DNA of 64,000 nucleotides from a virus (Duplodnaviria > Caudoviricetes). This document shows positions 8,608 through 18,526 of this stretch, piece after piece. The notes beneath the pieces are model-generated. The model saw only the letters and a list, made by a program, of their open reading frames with translations. It searched no databases and was not told the origin of the DNA. How positions within the stretch are numbered: the first letter of the stretch is position 1; each line of letters starts with the position of its first letter. Location of the stretch: positions 12,279-76,278 of the IMG/VR virus record IMGVR_UViG_3300027715_000011, one strand, 5' to 3'. The position numbers were made by a program, and so were the translations under genes.

Positions 8608-10647
8608 ATGGAGTTTATAGAGTTTAAAAAGGCGTTTCAGAAGAACTTTGAGACGAAAACATCTGATATCAATCATCTGTTTACGGTTGATATCGATCCT
8701 GATGAACTGTGGAATCGATATCTTGATAGTTTTCCACCAGGGACAAACGAGATTCTACGTGTCAGACGAGAGTTTGACTGTTCAGCCTGCAGACGGTTTG
8801 TCAAGCAGTTTGGAAACGTTGTAATTCTAAAGGATAACAGACTTGATACGATCTGGAACTTCACCATCAATGATCCGACATACCAACATGTCATCTCTGC
8901 AGTACATGACTTCATCAAGAGCACCGGTAATGTCAATGGTGTCTATATTACCAGAGAGGCTAAAATTGGTGTAGACAAGAATCTTGAGCAGGCAGATGAC
9001 GGTACCGTGCATGAATGGCACCACCTGTTTATGGATCTACCTGCCAGGTTTGTGTACCGTGGTAGTGACACACTTGATACAGTGAGGGGGAACTACACTG
9101 CTATTCGAGATGTGTTTGCACGCTCCCTGTCAGAACTATCGCTGGACAGTGTGGATATTGTGCTTGACCTGATCAATTCGAATACCCTGTACAAAGGAGA
9201 GGAATGGAAAGGTGTCCTCCAGCAGTTCAGAAAGTACAAGGTGGAGTTTGACTCTGTGAAGAATACAGGACTATTCACATGGGAGAAGTCCGTAGAAGCA
9301 GGACCGGTAATCGGAAAGATCCGAAATCATAGTATCGGTACACTGCTTATTGACATCACCGCAGGTATGGAACTTGATGAGGCGGTACGACGGTACGAGA
9401 AGGTGGTTGCTCCTACAAATTACAAACGTCCGAAGGCAATCTTCACCAAACAGATGCTTGAGGATGCAAAGAAGACCATTGAAGATCTCGGCTACATGGC
9501 ATCACTGAGCAGAAGATTTGCTACCCTGGACGATATCACGGTCAACAACATCCTGTTCAGTAACCGAGACGCAACCAAGCGTATCACGGGAAATGACATC
9601 TTTGATGAGCTCGAATCTACTATCACCGTAGATCCAAAGAAGTTCTCAAAGGTCGAAGAGGTCTCTATCACTACCTTCATCAATGACATCCTTCCAACCA
9701 CGCGAGAGGTTGAGATACTGTTTGAGAATAAACTCGCTCCAAACATGGTATCTCTCATTGCTCCTGGAAAACCTGACGCAAAGACGATGTTCAAGTGGAA
9801 CAATGGATTTTCATGGGCGTACTCAGGTAATATCACCGACTCAGTAATGAAGGAGAACGTCAAACTGGCAGGCGGTAATGTCAACGGTGTATTGAGATTC
9901 TCTATCCAGTGGAACGATGGCAAAACTCCTGATCATAATGACCTTGATGCCCACTGTATAGAGCCTGGTGGGAATGAGATATCGTTCATGCGTAAATCAG
10001 GTCATGCCAGTTCAGGATCACTTGATGTTGATATCATACACCCTGAACCTGGTTATCCGGCTGTTGAGAACATTGTGTATACTGATATGCACAGGATGAA
10101 ACCAGGACAATACAAGTTCTTTGTGCGACAGTTCAACAATCGTGGTGGAAGAGACGGTTTCAACGCAGAGATTGAGTTTGATGGTCAGATCTTTGAGTTC
10201 AGTTATCCACGTGAACTTCGTCAGAATGAAGATGTGCCTGTGGCTACGGTGACATTTGATGGTAGTAAGTTTACCATTGTTGAGCATATACCTGCACAAC
10301 AGTCATCAAAAGAGGTATGGAGCCTTCATACAAGTCAGTTTGTTCCAGCATCGGTGATCATGTACTCCCCGAACTACTGGGATGAACAGGACGGTATCGG
10401 ACACCGGCATGTGTTCTTCATGCTCAAAGACTGCAAGAACCCGGAGAACCCGTCAGGATATTTCAATGAGTATCTGAAACAGGACTTGGAGAAGCATAAA
10501 CGTATATTCGAAGTACTTGGAAGTAAATCTGGTGTAGTTGATATAGACGGGCAACTATCAGGGATCGGGTTCAGCACAACCAAACGGGCATCAGTAACGG
10601 TAAAAGTTACCGGTGTAACCGAAAGATTATTTAAAATCAACTTCTAA
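8608..10647 (+). CDS. Conserved large phage-type protein with a C-terminal YfaP/DUF2135-like domain
   Basis: 679 aa; LRFSIQWN...DLDAHCIEP...LDVD...AVENI...Y.FFV.QF pattern; domain name recalled, not searched. Confidence 0.6.
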   Translation: MEFIEFKKAFQKNFETKTSDINHLFTVDIDPDELWNRYLDSFPPGTNEILRVRREFDCSACRRFVKQFGNVVILKDNRLDTIWNFTINDPTYQHVISAVHDFIKSTGNVNGVYITREAKIGVDKNLEQADDGTVHEWHHLFMDLPARFVYRGSDTLDTVRGNYTAIRDVFARSLSELSLDSVDIVLDLINSNTLYKGEEWKGVLQQFRKYKVEFDSVKNTGLFTWEKSVEAGPVIGKIRNHSIGTLLIDITAGMELDEAVRRYEKVVAPTNYKRPKAIFTKQMLEDAKKTIEDLGYMASLSRRFATLDDITVNNILFSNRDATKRITGNDIFDELESTITVDPKKFSKVEEVSITTFINDILPTTREVEILFENKLAPNMVSLIAPGKPDAKTMFKWNNGFSWAYSGNITDSVMKENVKLAGGNVNGVLRFSIQWNDGKTPDHNDLDAHCIEPGGNEISFMRKSGHASSGSLDVDIIHPEPGYPAVENIVYTDMHRMKPGQYKFFVRQFNNRGGRDGFNAEIEFDGQIFEFSYPRELRQNEDVPVATVTFDGSKFTIVEHIPAQQSSKEVWSLHTSQFVPASVIMYSPNYWDEQDGIGHRHVFFMLKDCKNPENPSGYFNEYLKQDLEKHKRIFEVLGSKSGVVDIDGQLSGIGFSTTKRASVTVKVTGVTERLFKINF

Positions 10648-10651
10648 TTTT

Positions 10652-11035
10652 ATGGTGATAACAATGTTTGAAGAAGCAGTACGAAACAAGTATCGATTCC
10701 CATCTAACGTTGGTATGATCAACGTCGAAGATCTATGGGATCTGTCTATCGAGAGACTTGACTATGTATACAAGACCCTGAAGTCTGAACTGAAGAGTGT
10801 TGCAGAAGAGAGTCTTCTCAACAAGGAGACTGACGCTGACAAGGAAGTTCAGAATAAGATTACCATCGTGCAGCACATCTTTGATACAAAGACTGCCGAG
10901 AAGGAAGCCAGGGGAAAACTCATTGAGACTGCACAGAAGAAGCAGCACCTGCTCAGTATCCTCAAAGAGAAACAGAACGATGAGTATAAGGGTAAATCAG
11001 TTGAAGAACTTCAGCAGCTGATCGACCAGCTCTAA
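10652..11035 (+). CDS. Phage-type coiled-coil protein, partner of the upstream gene
   Basis: MFEEAVRNKYRFPS.VGMI.VEDLWDL, then a helical charged C-terminus; followed by a T-run. Confidence 0.65.
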   Translation: MVITMFEEAVRNKYRFPSNVGMINVEDLWDLSIERLDYVYKTLKSELKSVAEESLLNKETDADKEVQNKITIVQHIFDTKTAEKEARGKLIETAQKKQHLLSILKEKQNDEYKGKSVEELQQLIDQL

Positions 11036-11057
11036 ATCTTTTTTAACGGTTAATAAA

Positions 11058-12587
11058 TTAAAAGTCTAGGATAGAGATAGGTTTCTTCTTTCTCATATCT
11101 GATATCTGTGTCTTCATCGACTCTTCCTTCTTTTTGGCAACCTGAAGATACACCTCATCAATAGTATTGTTTGCTATAAGGGTGATCACTCTCCCGTCAC
11201 TGAACCTGGATGTACGTCCTCTCCGCTGGATGGTACGAATACCTGACGGTACCGGCTCATAGAATATGATAACGTTACAGTTAGGGATATCAATACCCTC
11301 CTCAGCTACCGATGTGGCAACCAGGACCTGATACTCACCATCCCTGAACTTCTCAACGGTCTCTATCTGCTTCTTCTGTGACAGGCCGTCATCTGATGAT
11401 CTTGCCTGTCCTACAAACCGTGATACCGATATACCAGCCTCTTTCAGTTCATGCACGATATTTGATACTGTATCCCGGTATGATGCAAATATCAGGATGC
11501 GTGAGTCTGGATCCTTCTCAAGTTCATCCATCACCAGTAATGGCAGGTTGATCACCTTTGGATGCTGTTCATCCTTCCAGTCCTTTGCAATATCAAATAT
11601 CTCAATAAATTCAGGAGAGGAACATAACCGAATATCTGCCTTTGACGATCCTCCTTTCAGTTTATACAGATACCGCTGTAATGCTACTGATCCCTGACAT
11701 TCAGCAAGGCCTATACCATGTCTTACTTTTAATATCTCGGCATGTAATGATACAGCAGCATACCCTATTGTCTGGCTATCACCATCAGAGCATATCATAC
11801 AGTCGATCGTCTTCTTGAGATCGTTGAGTACCTTCATCGGCGGGCTTGTAGTATTTGGCAGGCTGAACCCCATATTCTTTAACAGAGTGAACCGGTCCTC
11901 AAGAATCTGTTTAAACAGATCGCTGATGCGTCTGAGATCATCAGGGAGATCATACCGTATATACTCCATATCAGTAGCATGAACATACGGTACCACGTCA
12001 GGATCTGTGTCAGTACGTGACTCAACGTGTTCTATATCAAAATGCCTCTTGATCTCATCTATCTTTGACTTGTCGCTCCCGGGGGATGCGGTCATGGCAA
12101 GGATGACACCGTTCGGCTTATCTGCTATGTACTGCTCCGCGACGGTAGTATATGCATAGTTTCCGATACCACGGTGACACTCATCTATAATCAGGAGAGA
12201 GATACCTGATAAGTCATACACACCATTCTTGATATCGTTCTCTATGGTCTGCGGAGTTGCCAGGATGACCTTTGATGTATTCCATATCTCCCTTCGTTTC
12301 TTTACCGATATCGTCCCGGTAAGCATATTGATCTGATCCTTCGGAAGTGTGAGGGTTGATCGGTAATAGGTCTCATGCTGAGCAACCAGAGGTTTTGTCG
12401 GAGCAAGCATCAACGCCTTTCCATACTGCAGTCTATGAGCCATTACGAGTACTGCCACGGCCGACTTACCCCTTCCTGTAGGCAGCACTACGAGCGTAGA
12501 TTTGCTTTTAGATGCTTCTGCTATGTTCTTTTGGTACTCACGAAGTTCTATCTTATTCGGTGTGATGAGAGGATGCTCTATATACAT
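11058..12587 (-). CDS. Hef/FANCM-type DEAH helicase, helicase domain only
   Basis: LREYQ, LPTGRGKS, LLAPTKPL-like, DECHRG, TASPG, FVGQA, ATSVAEEGIDIP, IQRRGRT. Start set at MYIEHP (track start 12626). No ERCC4 nuclease domain follows. Confidence 0.9.
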   Translation of the reverse strand: MYIEHPLITPNKIELREYQKNIAEASKSKSTLVVLPTGRGKSAVAVLVMAHRLQYGKALMLAPTKPLVAQHETYYRSTLTLPKDQINMLTGTISVKKRREIWNTSKVILATPQTIENDIKNGVYDLSGISLLIIDECHRGIGNYAYTTVAEQYIADKPNGVILAMTASPGSDKSKIDEIKRHFDIEHVESRTDTDPDVVPYVHATDMEYIRYDLPDDLRRISDLFKQILEDRFTLLKNMGFSLPNTTSPPMKVLNDLKKTIDCMICSDGDSQTIGYAAVSLHAEILKVRHGIGLAECQGSVALQRYLYKLKGGSSKADIRLCSSPEFIEIFDIAKDWKDEQHPKVINLPLLVMDELEKDPDSRILIFASYRDTVSNIVHELKEAGISVSRFVGQARSSDDGLSQKKQIETVEKFRDGEYQVLVATSVAEEGIDIPNCNVIIFYEPVPSGIRTIQRRGRTSRFSDGRVITLIANNTIDEVYLQVAKKKEESMKTQISDMRKKKPISILDF

Positions 12588-12644
12588 ATTACTAATTTTG
12601 TATTCACAATATTTATAATAGATCAAACCAATATATTACTCAAT

Positions 12645-12803
12645 ATGAGGCATGAGAATATAACATTACAATGCCCGGTATGCCACCGAAAGCAGACCGT
12701 AGATGCAGAGGAGTATGAACAGAATATCCTGTATAGAGGGCATCCATATACATGTGGATCTGATACATGCCCATCCCATACCGTTATGAGGCCGGTATCA
12801 TGA
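12645..12803 (+). CDS. small Zn-finger protein
   Basis: MRHENITLQCPVC...TCGSDTC; the real part of track ORF 12375..12803. Confidence 0.6.
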   Translation: MRHENITLQCPVCHRKQTVDAEEYEQNILYRGHPYTCGSDTCPSHTVMRPVS

Positions 12804-13288
12804 GAGTTGTACTGGTAGGTGAGTCTGGATCAGGGAAAGATACCCTGCTTGAATGGTTTAAACAGAACAAATGGCATGTCATCATCTCCCATACCACAAG
12901 ATCTAAACGTGATGGTGAAAGTGACTCGGCATACATGTTCTCAGATCATGAGACGTTTACCAAGCACAAGAATCTCGATATGGTGTTTGAATATGTTACG
13001 TTCGGGGGAAACATCTACTGGACACTTGTCAGTGATTATCTGATCCCAAACTGGGTTATCATCACCGAGACAGAGGGAGCACGAACACTAAAACGGGAGT
13101 TCCCTGATGTATTCATCATTTATTTAAAGACTGATCGTGTTACCCGTATCGCCAGGGTAGGAGAAGAACGGGTGCTTCGGGATGATGGAAACTTTATGAG
13201 TTTTCCCTGTGACTATGTGATCGATAACAATAGCACCATAGAGAATCTCAAGATGCGTCTTATTGCTGCACTTGAATGGGGATGCTGA
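12800..13288 (+). CDS. guanylate kinase-like NMP kinase
   Basis: GESGSGKDTL P-loop, SHTTRSKRDGE, EY...GGNIYWT; start set at MRVVLVG. Confidence 0.85.
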   Translation: MRVVLVGESGSGKDTLLEWFKQNKWHVIISHTTRSKRDGESDSAYMFSDHETFTKHKNLDMVFEYVTFGGNIYWTLVSDYLIPNWVIITETEGARTLKREFPDVFIIYLKTDRVTRIARVGEERVLRDDGNFMSFPCDYVIDNNSTIENLKMRLIAALEWGC

Positions 13289-13968
13289 TGCGAACATTCG
13301 CAATGGCAGATATTCATGGTAGATCTGATAAACTCAAACAGTGTTTATCCCTGGTGAACTTTACCGATGATGACCGGCTCATTCAGCTCGGTGACGTATG
13401 TGATCTCGGTCCTGACACCAAAGGATGCCTTGATATTCTCACCTCAATTAATAATTTAGTCATGATAAGAGGAAATCATGACTCTTCTACAAACGGGTGT
13501 TTTGATGGGAGCGAGTATGGGTGGGCATTGAAATGGTTCATGACCGGTGAGATCATGTGGATGTGGCAGTGCCAGGGAGGAGAGGCTACCATGAGATCAT
13601 ATGACAGTTATCACGGGAATGTTCCAGAATCTCACATCACTCTCCTAAAGAATGCAGTACCCTATTATATCGATGAGCAGAACAATCTCTACGTTCATGG
13701 AGGGTTCAACCATAAGAAACCGATAGAAGAGCAGGATCCAGAGTACTTGATGTGGGATAGGAAACTGATTAATAAGAAATGTAAACCGTGGGGACGGCCT
13801 ATTGCTCAGTATAACAGGGTATTCTTCGGTCATACGGCAGTTCAGGCTATACGCCATGATAAATCATTCGCACTTCCTATTATCAAGAACAACTGTATCG
13901 CATTAGATACCGGAAGTTCTAAACTTACTATTATGGATGTTGATACGCTTGAGTACTGGCAAGCCTGA
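13288..13968 (+). CDS. calcineurin-like metallophosphoesterase (PPP/ApaH-like)
   Basis: ADIHG, GDVCD.G, RGNHD, VHGG, FGHT, LDTG motifs. Confidence 0.9.
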   Translation: MRTFAMADIHGRSDKLKQCLSLVNFTDDDRLIQLGDVCDLGPDTKGCLDILTSINNLVMIRGNHDSSTNGCFDGSEYGWALKWFMTGEIMWMWQCQGGEATMRSYDSYHGNVPESHITLLKNAVPYYIDEQNNLYVHGGFNHKKPIEEQDPEYLMWDRKLINKKCKPWGRPIAQYNRVFFGHTAVQAIRHDKSFALPIIKNNCIALDTGSSKLTIMDVDTLEYWQA

Positions 13969-14007
13969 TTTCTTTTAAAATAGTATATAAACCCTATCTT
14001 TCTTACC

Positions 14008-14916
14008 ATGACGAAGATTGCAATCAACACTACGTCAGCCAACTTTATGCTATCCCGGGCAGCATATAACTGGCTCATTCAGAATTGCGGATGGAGGTAC
14101 ATCGGCAATTATGATGTGTACAAGGAGGGAACAACGATCAACACCGTTGTCAATGCGAACGATGATGCGATACCGGTCACCATCACGGCAACCGCAGGAT
14201 CAAACGGTACCATCACCAGGCGTAACTCAACCACTCCCCTGATCATCGGATCCACTGCTATCTATGACATTGCAGCAACAACTGGATACTACGCATCCAA
14301 TGTTGTTGTTGATGGGTTTGATGGTGGAGCAGGCCTTACTACACTGACATTCGGCTCTCTTACCGACAATCACATTGTGAACGTAACCTTTACTGCAAAT
14401 GCAACCCTTGCAGAGGGAGAACACACCGTTGATATCTATGGATCAGTAGGTGGAACCATATCGGCACGTGGGCGCCAGGTTGTTGCATCGGCAGGAACCA
14501 TTACTGTCACCGCTACACCGTTCTCAGGGTTTACTTATGACTCTATCAAGATCGACGGTACACCAGTAGATATTACGTCACTCGGCACTGGAACCTATAC
14601 CCATGAGTTCTCATCTCTTACTGCAAACGCTCGTATTGAGATACTGTTCAAACCGGTAAGTGTTCTGGAGATCACACCAACCCGTGTAACCAAGCTCCTC
14701 TGGACCGACACATCAGGTACCTGGTACATGAACGTGACCGACCGGTCAGATGCAGATCTTATCAACTGTATCGAGACACTTACCCTGACAAACGCTGCAG
14801 GTACCAAAAACACCCTTAAAATAGTAGAGATCCCTGATAATGTTGCATCATGGGTTGTTGAGCGTGCATGTACCGGCGGAGAACAGATCGTCACTCCGTA
14901 TCAGAAGTGGAGTTAA
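14008..14916 (+). CDS. Phage-type small protein core with two inserted InlB-B-like/Ig-like repeats
   Basis: Core halves KIAIN...FMLS..AY.WL and DRSDADLI.CIE.L...LKIVEIPD flank two repeats (TITATAGSNGTI...GYY...VVVDG...NH.V.VTF); paralogue of 24149..25045. Confidence 0.65.
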   Translation: MTKIAINTTSANFMLSRAAYNWLIQNCGWRYIGNYDVYKEGTTINTVVNANDDAIPVTITATAGSNGTITRRNSTTPLIIGSTAIYDIAATTGYYASNVVVDGFDGGAGLTTLTFGSLTDNHIVNVTFTANATLAEGEHTVDIYGSVGGTISARGRQVVASAGTITVTATPFSGFTYDSIKIDGTPVDITSLGTGTYTHEFSSLTANARIEILFKPVSVLEITPTRVTKLLWTDTSGTWYMNVTDRSDADLINCIETLTLTNAAGTKNTLKIVEIPDNVASWVVERACTGGEQIVTPYQKWS

Positions 14917-14959
14917 TGCGACAATAATCGCGACAGTTTTTGTCGCGATATTCACACTC

Positions 14960-15214
14960 TTATTTTATCTGCTCACGACAGTAGTTGACAAACCACTCAA
15001 CATGCTCCTCAATCACTGGATTATTGACATACACAAATTTATCATCTTCACCCACTATCAATAGGTCTTTTAAATAGTCTATATGCCTTACATCATTACG
15101 ACCAACTTTTATAGACGTGTCAGTGACTTTCTCAAATCGTTGATTTGCGTATACTCCATTGATATAGCATATTCCAATGTTTGTACCCCATTCTTCAAAT
15201 CCTGTTTTAATCAT
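14960..15214 (-). CDS. hypothetical protein
   Basis: 84-aa ORF coupled to the DNA ligase stop. Confidence 0.55.
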   Translation of the reverse strand: MIKTGFEEWGTNIGICYINGVYANQRFEKVTDTSIKVGRNDVRHIDYLKDLLIVGEDDKFVYVNNPVIEEHVEWFVNYCREQIK

Positions 15215-16101
15215 TATAGATCATCCTTGCTTCTGAATCCTAAGAACACCGGGAATCTAGGCAGGTCTTTCTCTCCTGACTTCTGAGATTTATACTTCAC
15301 CAACTGCCCGATGTAATCCTGTTTATTGTTCCAGATCTGCTCCCTCAAATCTGCATCAAATCCTGTGCCGATAGCGAACTCTACACCGCTCTCACAGTCC
15401 TTTACTTTCAGACTTCCGAGTGTATTACCTCCTACAAGGCCGTCTTTGCATGATGACCGCTTGGCATATCCCTTCTCATCTACACCAAGATCGTTCATAT
15501 TGGTCATCAACTCATCCATACCAATCACCTCAGCTTCGGCATCAGTGAACCGTTTGATCTTGAGGAGATACCCTTCTTTTACCGTTGATCTGCCAAACTT
15601 ATACAATGATTTTGGAGATCTGATAATACACCCCTCATATCCCTGTGAGAGGCAGGTCTCCTCATATGCATATAATTCTTCATAATCATGTATTGGAACC
15701 GGAAACACCGGTTTTATAAACATATACTCAAAATATTTTGACAGGTCTGAATAAAGACTTAGTATTCTATCAGCATACCCCATCGTATAGTTATCATTTG
15801 AAACATAATCAAATATATGATACTGAAAATCAGGTTCACCATTAAATGACATGATCTTTGATGATGTCTCATTGAACGTAGACCCTGCAATGATCTCCCC
15901 GTCAATAACACCTGGTATATCCTGAAAGAGAGAAAGGATCTTATTCCGCGTTGCTACGTTCGGGAGATCTTTCAAGTTCCTTGTCATACACCTCCCATCT
16001 TTTACAACACACCGTATACCATCAAATTTTGGGGAGGCAAGTACTGGATAAGTGATCTTAGATATATCAGCGTTTACTGCCAACATAGGCTGAAATGTCA
16101 T
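15214..16101 (-). CDS. ATP-dependent DNA ligase (compact phage type)
   Basis: SPKFDGIR motif I, IDGEI, YHIFD, GYEG.IIR, LLKIKR, GTGFD, RFPVFLGFR. Confidence 0.93.
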   Translation of the reverse strand: MTFQPMLAVNADISKITYPVLASPKFDGIRCVVKDGRCMTRNLKDLPNVATRNKILSLFQDIPGVIDGEIIAGSTFNETSSKIMSFNGEPDFQYHIFDYVSNDNYTMGYADRILSLYSDLSKYFEYMFIKPVFPVPIHDYEELYAYEETCLSQGYEGCIIRSPKSLYKFGRSTVKEGYLLKIKRFTDAEAEVIGMDELMTNMNDLGVDEKGYAKRSSCKDGLVGGNTLGSLKVKDCESGVEFAIGTGFDADLREQIWNNKQDYIGQLVKYKSQKSGEKDLPRFPVFLGFRSKDDL

Positions 16102-16123
16102 ACAAAATAATTTGGTATGATAA

Positions 16124-16465
16124 CTATAAAATCCTTTTCAGTCCGTACCGTTCTGCCCAATATAAGACCTGCTTCATCTCCGAAGCATCAGCATCAAATA
16201 CTACAATATGCGTAGCGTTTCGTATCATCTCCATATACATCATCTCATCTGCATGGAGCCCATACTTCTGTTCAGGAGAGAACACTTGTAACTGTACTGT
16301 GTTTGCATGTGGAGCATACAGGGATCGCACCAACTCTTCCGCTCCTGGATGTGGACCAGTGACGATCTTTGTAGGACCATAGTCGCATAAACAGTCGATT
16401 ATGGTATCGGTGATCAGATCACTGGCATTGACTGAGTATGATCCGGTTAAAAGAATAACACACAT
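16124..16465 (-). CDS. SLOG/DUF2493-like protein
   Basis: ILLTGS...IVTGPHPGAEEL...MIRNATHIVVFD pattern. Confidence 0.5.
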   Translation of the reverse strand: MCVILLTGSYSVNASDLITDTIIDCLCDYGPTKIVTGPHPGAEELVRSLYAPHANTVQLQVFSPEQKYGLHADEMMYMEMIRNATHIVVFDADASEMKQVLYWAERYGLKRIL

Positions 16466-16493
16466 AGAGAAGAGTTGATGTTATTGATATATA

Positions 16494-16551
16494 ACCGGTA
16501 TTGGATACGATCCATAGACGGCACTCTTACCAAGGAGTGTCTCCTACCGGT
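16494..16551 (-). pseudogene. Degenerate tRNA-like element lacking a D arm
   Basis: Minus strand ACCGGTA...CACTC-CTTGGTAA-GAGTG...ATGGATCGTATCCA..TACCGGT: 7-bp closing stem, 8-nt Thr(GGT)-like loop, degenerate T arm. Confidence 0.4.
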
Positions 16552-16667
16552 TAGGTGTCTTTCCAAGCAGTCCATTTGCACACTTAAGTAGTGGAATAAT
16601 GGACAAATCTCTACCGCCTTCATATCCGGTGTGCGCACACCGTGGTGTCTTTGTAGGCTCAAGACAG

Positions 16668-16738
16668 AGGTGAATGCAGGAATTGAACCTACTTACTCCG
16701 CTCTGCAGGCGGGTACTTAACCATTCAGCCAATTCACC
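16668..16738 (-). tRNA. tRNA-Cys(GCA)
   Basis: GGTGAAT/ATTCACC acceptor, CT-GCA-GA loop, GTAGG-TTCAATT-CCTGC T arm, U73 discriminator, no encoded CCA. Confidence 0.9.
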
Positions 16739-16798
16739 AATGGGTAGTTTACTACCCGTGTAAGTATACTCGAACCTTTTATAATCCCTTTCGGGACA

Positions 16799-16874
16799 CG
16801 GATCACGCCGGACTTGAACCGGTAACCACTCATCTTGTGGACGAGTTGCGCTAACCAAATTGCGCCAATGATCC
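16799..16874 (-). tRNA. Atypical tRNA, anticodon ambiguous
   Basis: GGATCAT/GTGATCC acceptor, canonical D and T arms; the anticodon arm ACTCGTCCACAAGATGAGT is 19 nt instead of 17. Confidence 0.7.
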
Positions 16875-16988
16875 ACGTGAAGGATACAGGAGAATATATC
16901 CTCCAAACCCTGTCCAGACAACTGTTTTTAATGGTGTTGTCAGAACCCATATAATATGGATCTTTATACAATATAAATATATCCTTTA

Positions 16989-18173
16989 TTAACTTGATTT
17001 GAAATTGTAAATGGGCTTAATAATATCTATGATATCTACAGTATCTCCAATATACTTAGTGATCTCTTCCATTGGCTTGTATACAAATGGGCTTTCATCA
17101 ATGGTGTTTTGATTTACTGATGTGGTAAAGATACCTTCCATAGACTTTTTGAAATCATCCAATTTGAATGTGCGCTTGGCTTCTTTACGACCCATAACTC
17201 TCCCTGCACCATGTGGAGCACTATAATTCCAGTCAGGATTACCTTTACCTACTGCAATAATAGCACCATCACGCATATTCATTGGGATGATAACTTTCTC
17301 ACCATTTTGCGCAGAAATTGCTCCTTTACGAAGGATCATGTGTTCAGTATCGATATAATTATGAACAGTCTCAAATTGGCTATCTACTGAAATACCAGGA
17401 ACATTTCTAATGATCTCTTGTAACATAGATTCCCGGTTGAGATGTGCATATATCTGTAACACCTTCATATCATGAATATAATCATCAAATGATACACCAT
17501 CCAAAAACGCAAGATCATCGACCAATGGATCTATTGTACTTAACTTTTCACCAATGAAAGATTTATCAATTGTATTATTAATAATCTCTGTTCTAATAGT
17601 GCTTTTTGTTTCACGGCACTCTTTAATTGCTAATTTCTGATAATATTCAGCAACCTGCTTCCCAATATTACGAGATCCTGAATGAATAATGAGATACACA
17701 TCACCATTTTTATCAGAATCTAATTCAATCATGTGGTTCCCTCCACCGAGAGTTCCAATTTGATAATAAGCTGATTCTAACCGTTTAAGATTATTTGCAC
17801 ACTTTAAATCACTTAAATTGATACCATTAGCAATAGGATGTATTGTCTTACGAGAATTAAATCCAGATGGTACACTTCTTCTCACCTGGTGATCAAATTC
17901 AGCAAAATCAATCGGTTTCTCAATATTCAACTTTGCACAGATCACCCCACATGAAACATCCACACCTACCAAGTTTGGAGTGATTCTATCATGAATGGTC
18001 ATGGTTGTACCAATTGTACATCCATTTCCTTCATGACAATCAGGCATCACTTTAATATTAGATTCGCAAGCAGCTTCATTATTACATAAATTTGTAATTT
18101 GTGCAATAGCACCATCTTCTACCAAATCCGAATAGATCACGGCATTGGTATACTTACCATTAATTTCAATCAT
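16989..18173 (-). CDS. rtcB: RtcB RNA 2',3'-cyclic phosphate/3'-P ligase (bacterial/phage short type)
   Basis: MPDCH.G.G..IG, VGVDVSCG, GTLGGGNH.IE, IHSGSRNIG, HNY, RKGA, SAPHGAGR, DESPFVYK. Confidence 0.96.
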   Translation of the reverse strand: MIEINGKYTNAVIYSDLVEDGAIAQITNLCNNEAACESNIKVMPDCHEGNGCTIGTTMTIHDRITPNLVGVDVSCGVICAKLNIEKPIDFAEFDHQVRRSVPSGFNSRKTIHPIANGINLSDLKCANNLKRLESAYYQIGTLGGGNHMIELDSDKNGDVYLIIHSGSRNIGKQVAEYYQKLAIKECRETKSTIRTEIINNTIDKSFIGEKLSTIDPLVDDLAFLDGVSFDDYIHDMKVLQIYAHLNRESMLQEIIRNVPGISVDSQFETVHNYIDTEHMILRKGAISAQNGEKVIIPMNMRDGAIIAVGKGNPDWNYSAPHGAGRVMGRKEAKRTFKLDDFKKSMEGIFTTSVNQNTIDESPFVYKPMEEITKYIGDTVDIIDIIKPIYNFKSS

Positions 18174-18180
18174 GATATCC

Positions 18181-18417
18181 TTACATACCTGATTTATACT
18201 CTTTCACAAACCAGTCCTTTGCACATTTCGATGGAGGTTGTTCCTGATACTCAGCATCTACTACAATAAACTCGCGAATGAGATATACAGAATTTCCGGT
18301 AGCATTCGCTATACCTTGAATTCGATTCTGATCTACCTCGTTATCTGTATCATACGATCCTTTCTCAAAGAATCCTTCCTTCTTTGACCAAAGTGCAGCA
18401 TTCTCATACACTACCAT
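18181..18417 (-). CDS. hypothetical protein
   Basis: Start set at MVVYENAAL; the track ORF extension runs through the upstream tRNA. Confidence 0.6.
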   Translation of the reverse strand: MVVYENAALWSKKEGFFEKGSYDTDNEVDQNRIQGIANATGNSVYLIREFIVVDAEYQEQPPSKCAKDWFVKEYKSGM

Positions 18418-18452
18418 ATATATAATATGGAGAGAAAAGAAGATAAAAGTTA

Positions 18453-18526
18453 TGGGCGATATCGGGTTCGAACCGATGATCTCTCGGGTATGAGCCGAGT
18501 GCATTAACCAACTATGCTAAACGCCC
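18453..18526 (-). tRNA. tRNA with CAT anticodon (Met or Ile2)
   Basis: CTCGG-CTCATAC-CCGAG anticodon arm; ATCGG-TTCGAAC-CCGAT T arm; GGGCG/CGCCC acceptor. Confidence 0.9.

Noticed and set aside
16447-16971. Track ORFs 16447..16662, 16544..16921, 16717..16971
   Set aside because: They run through tRNA genes on the same strand.
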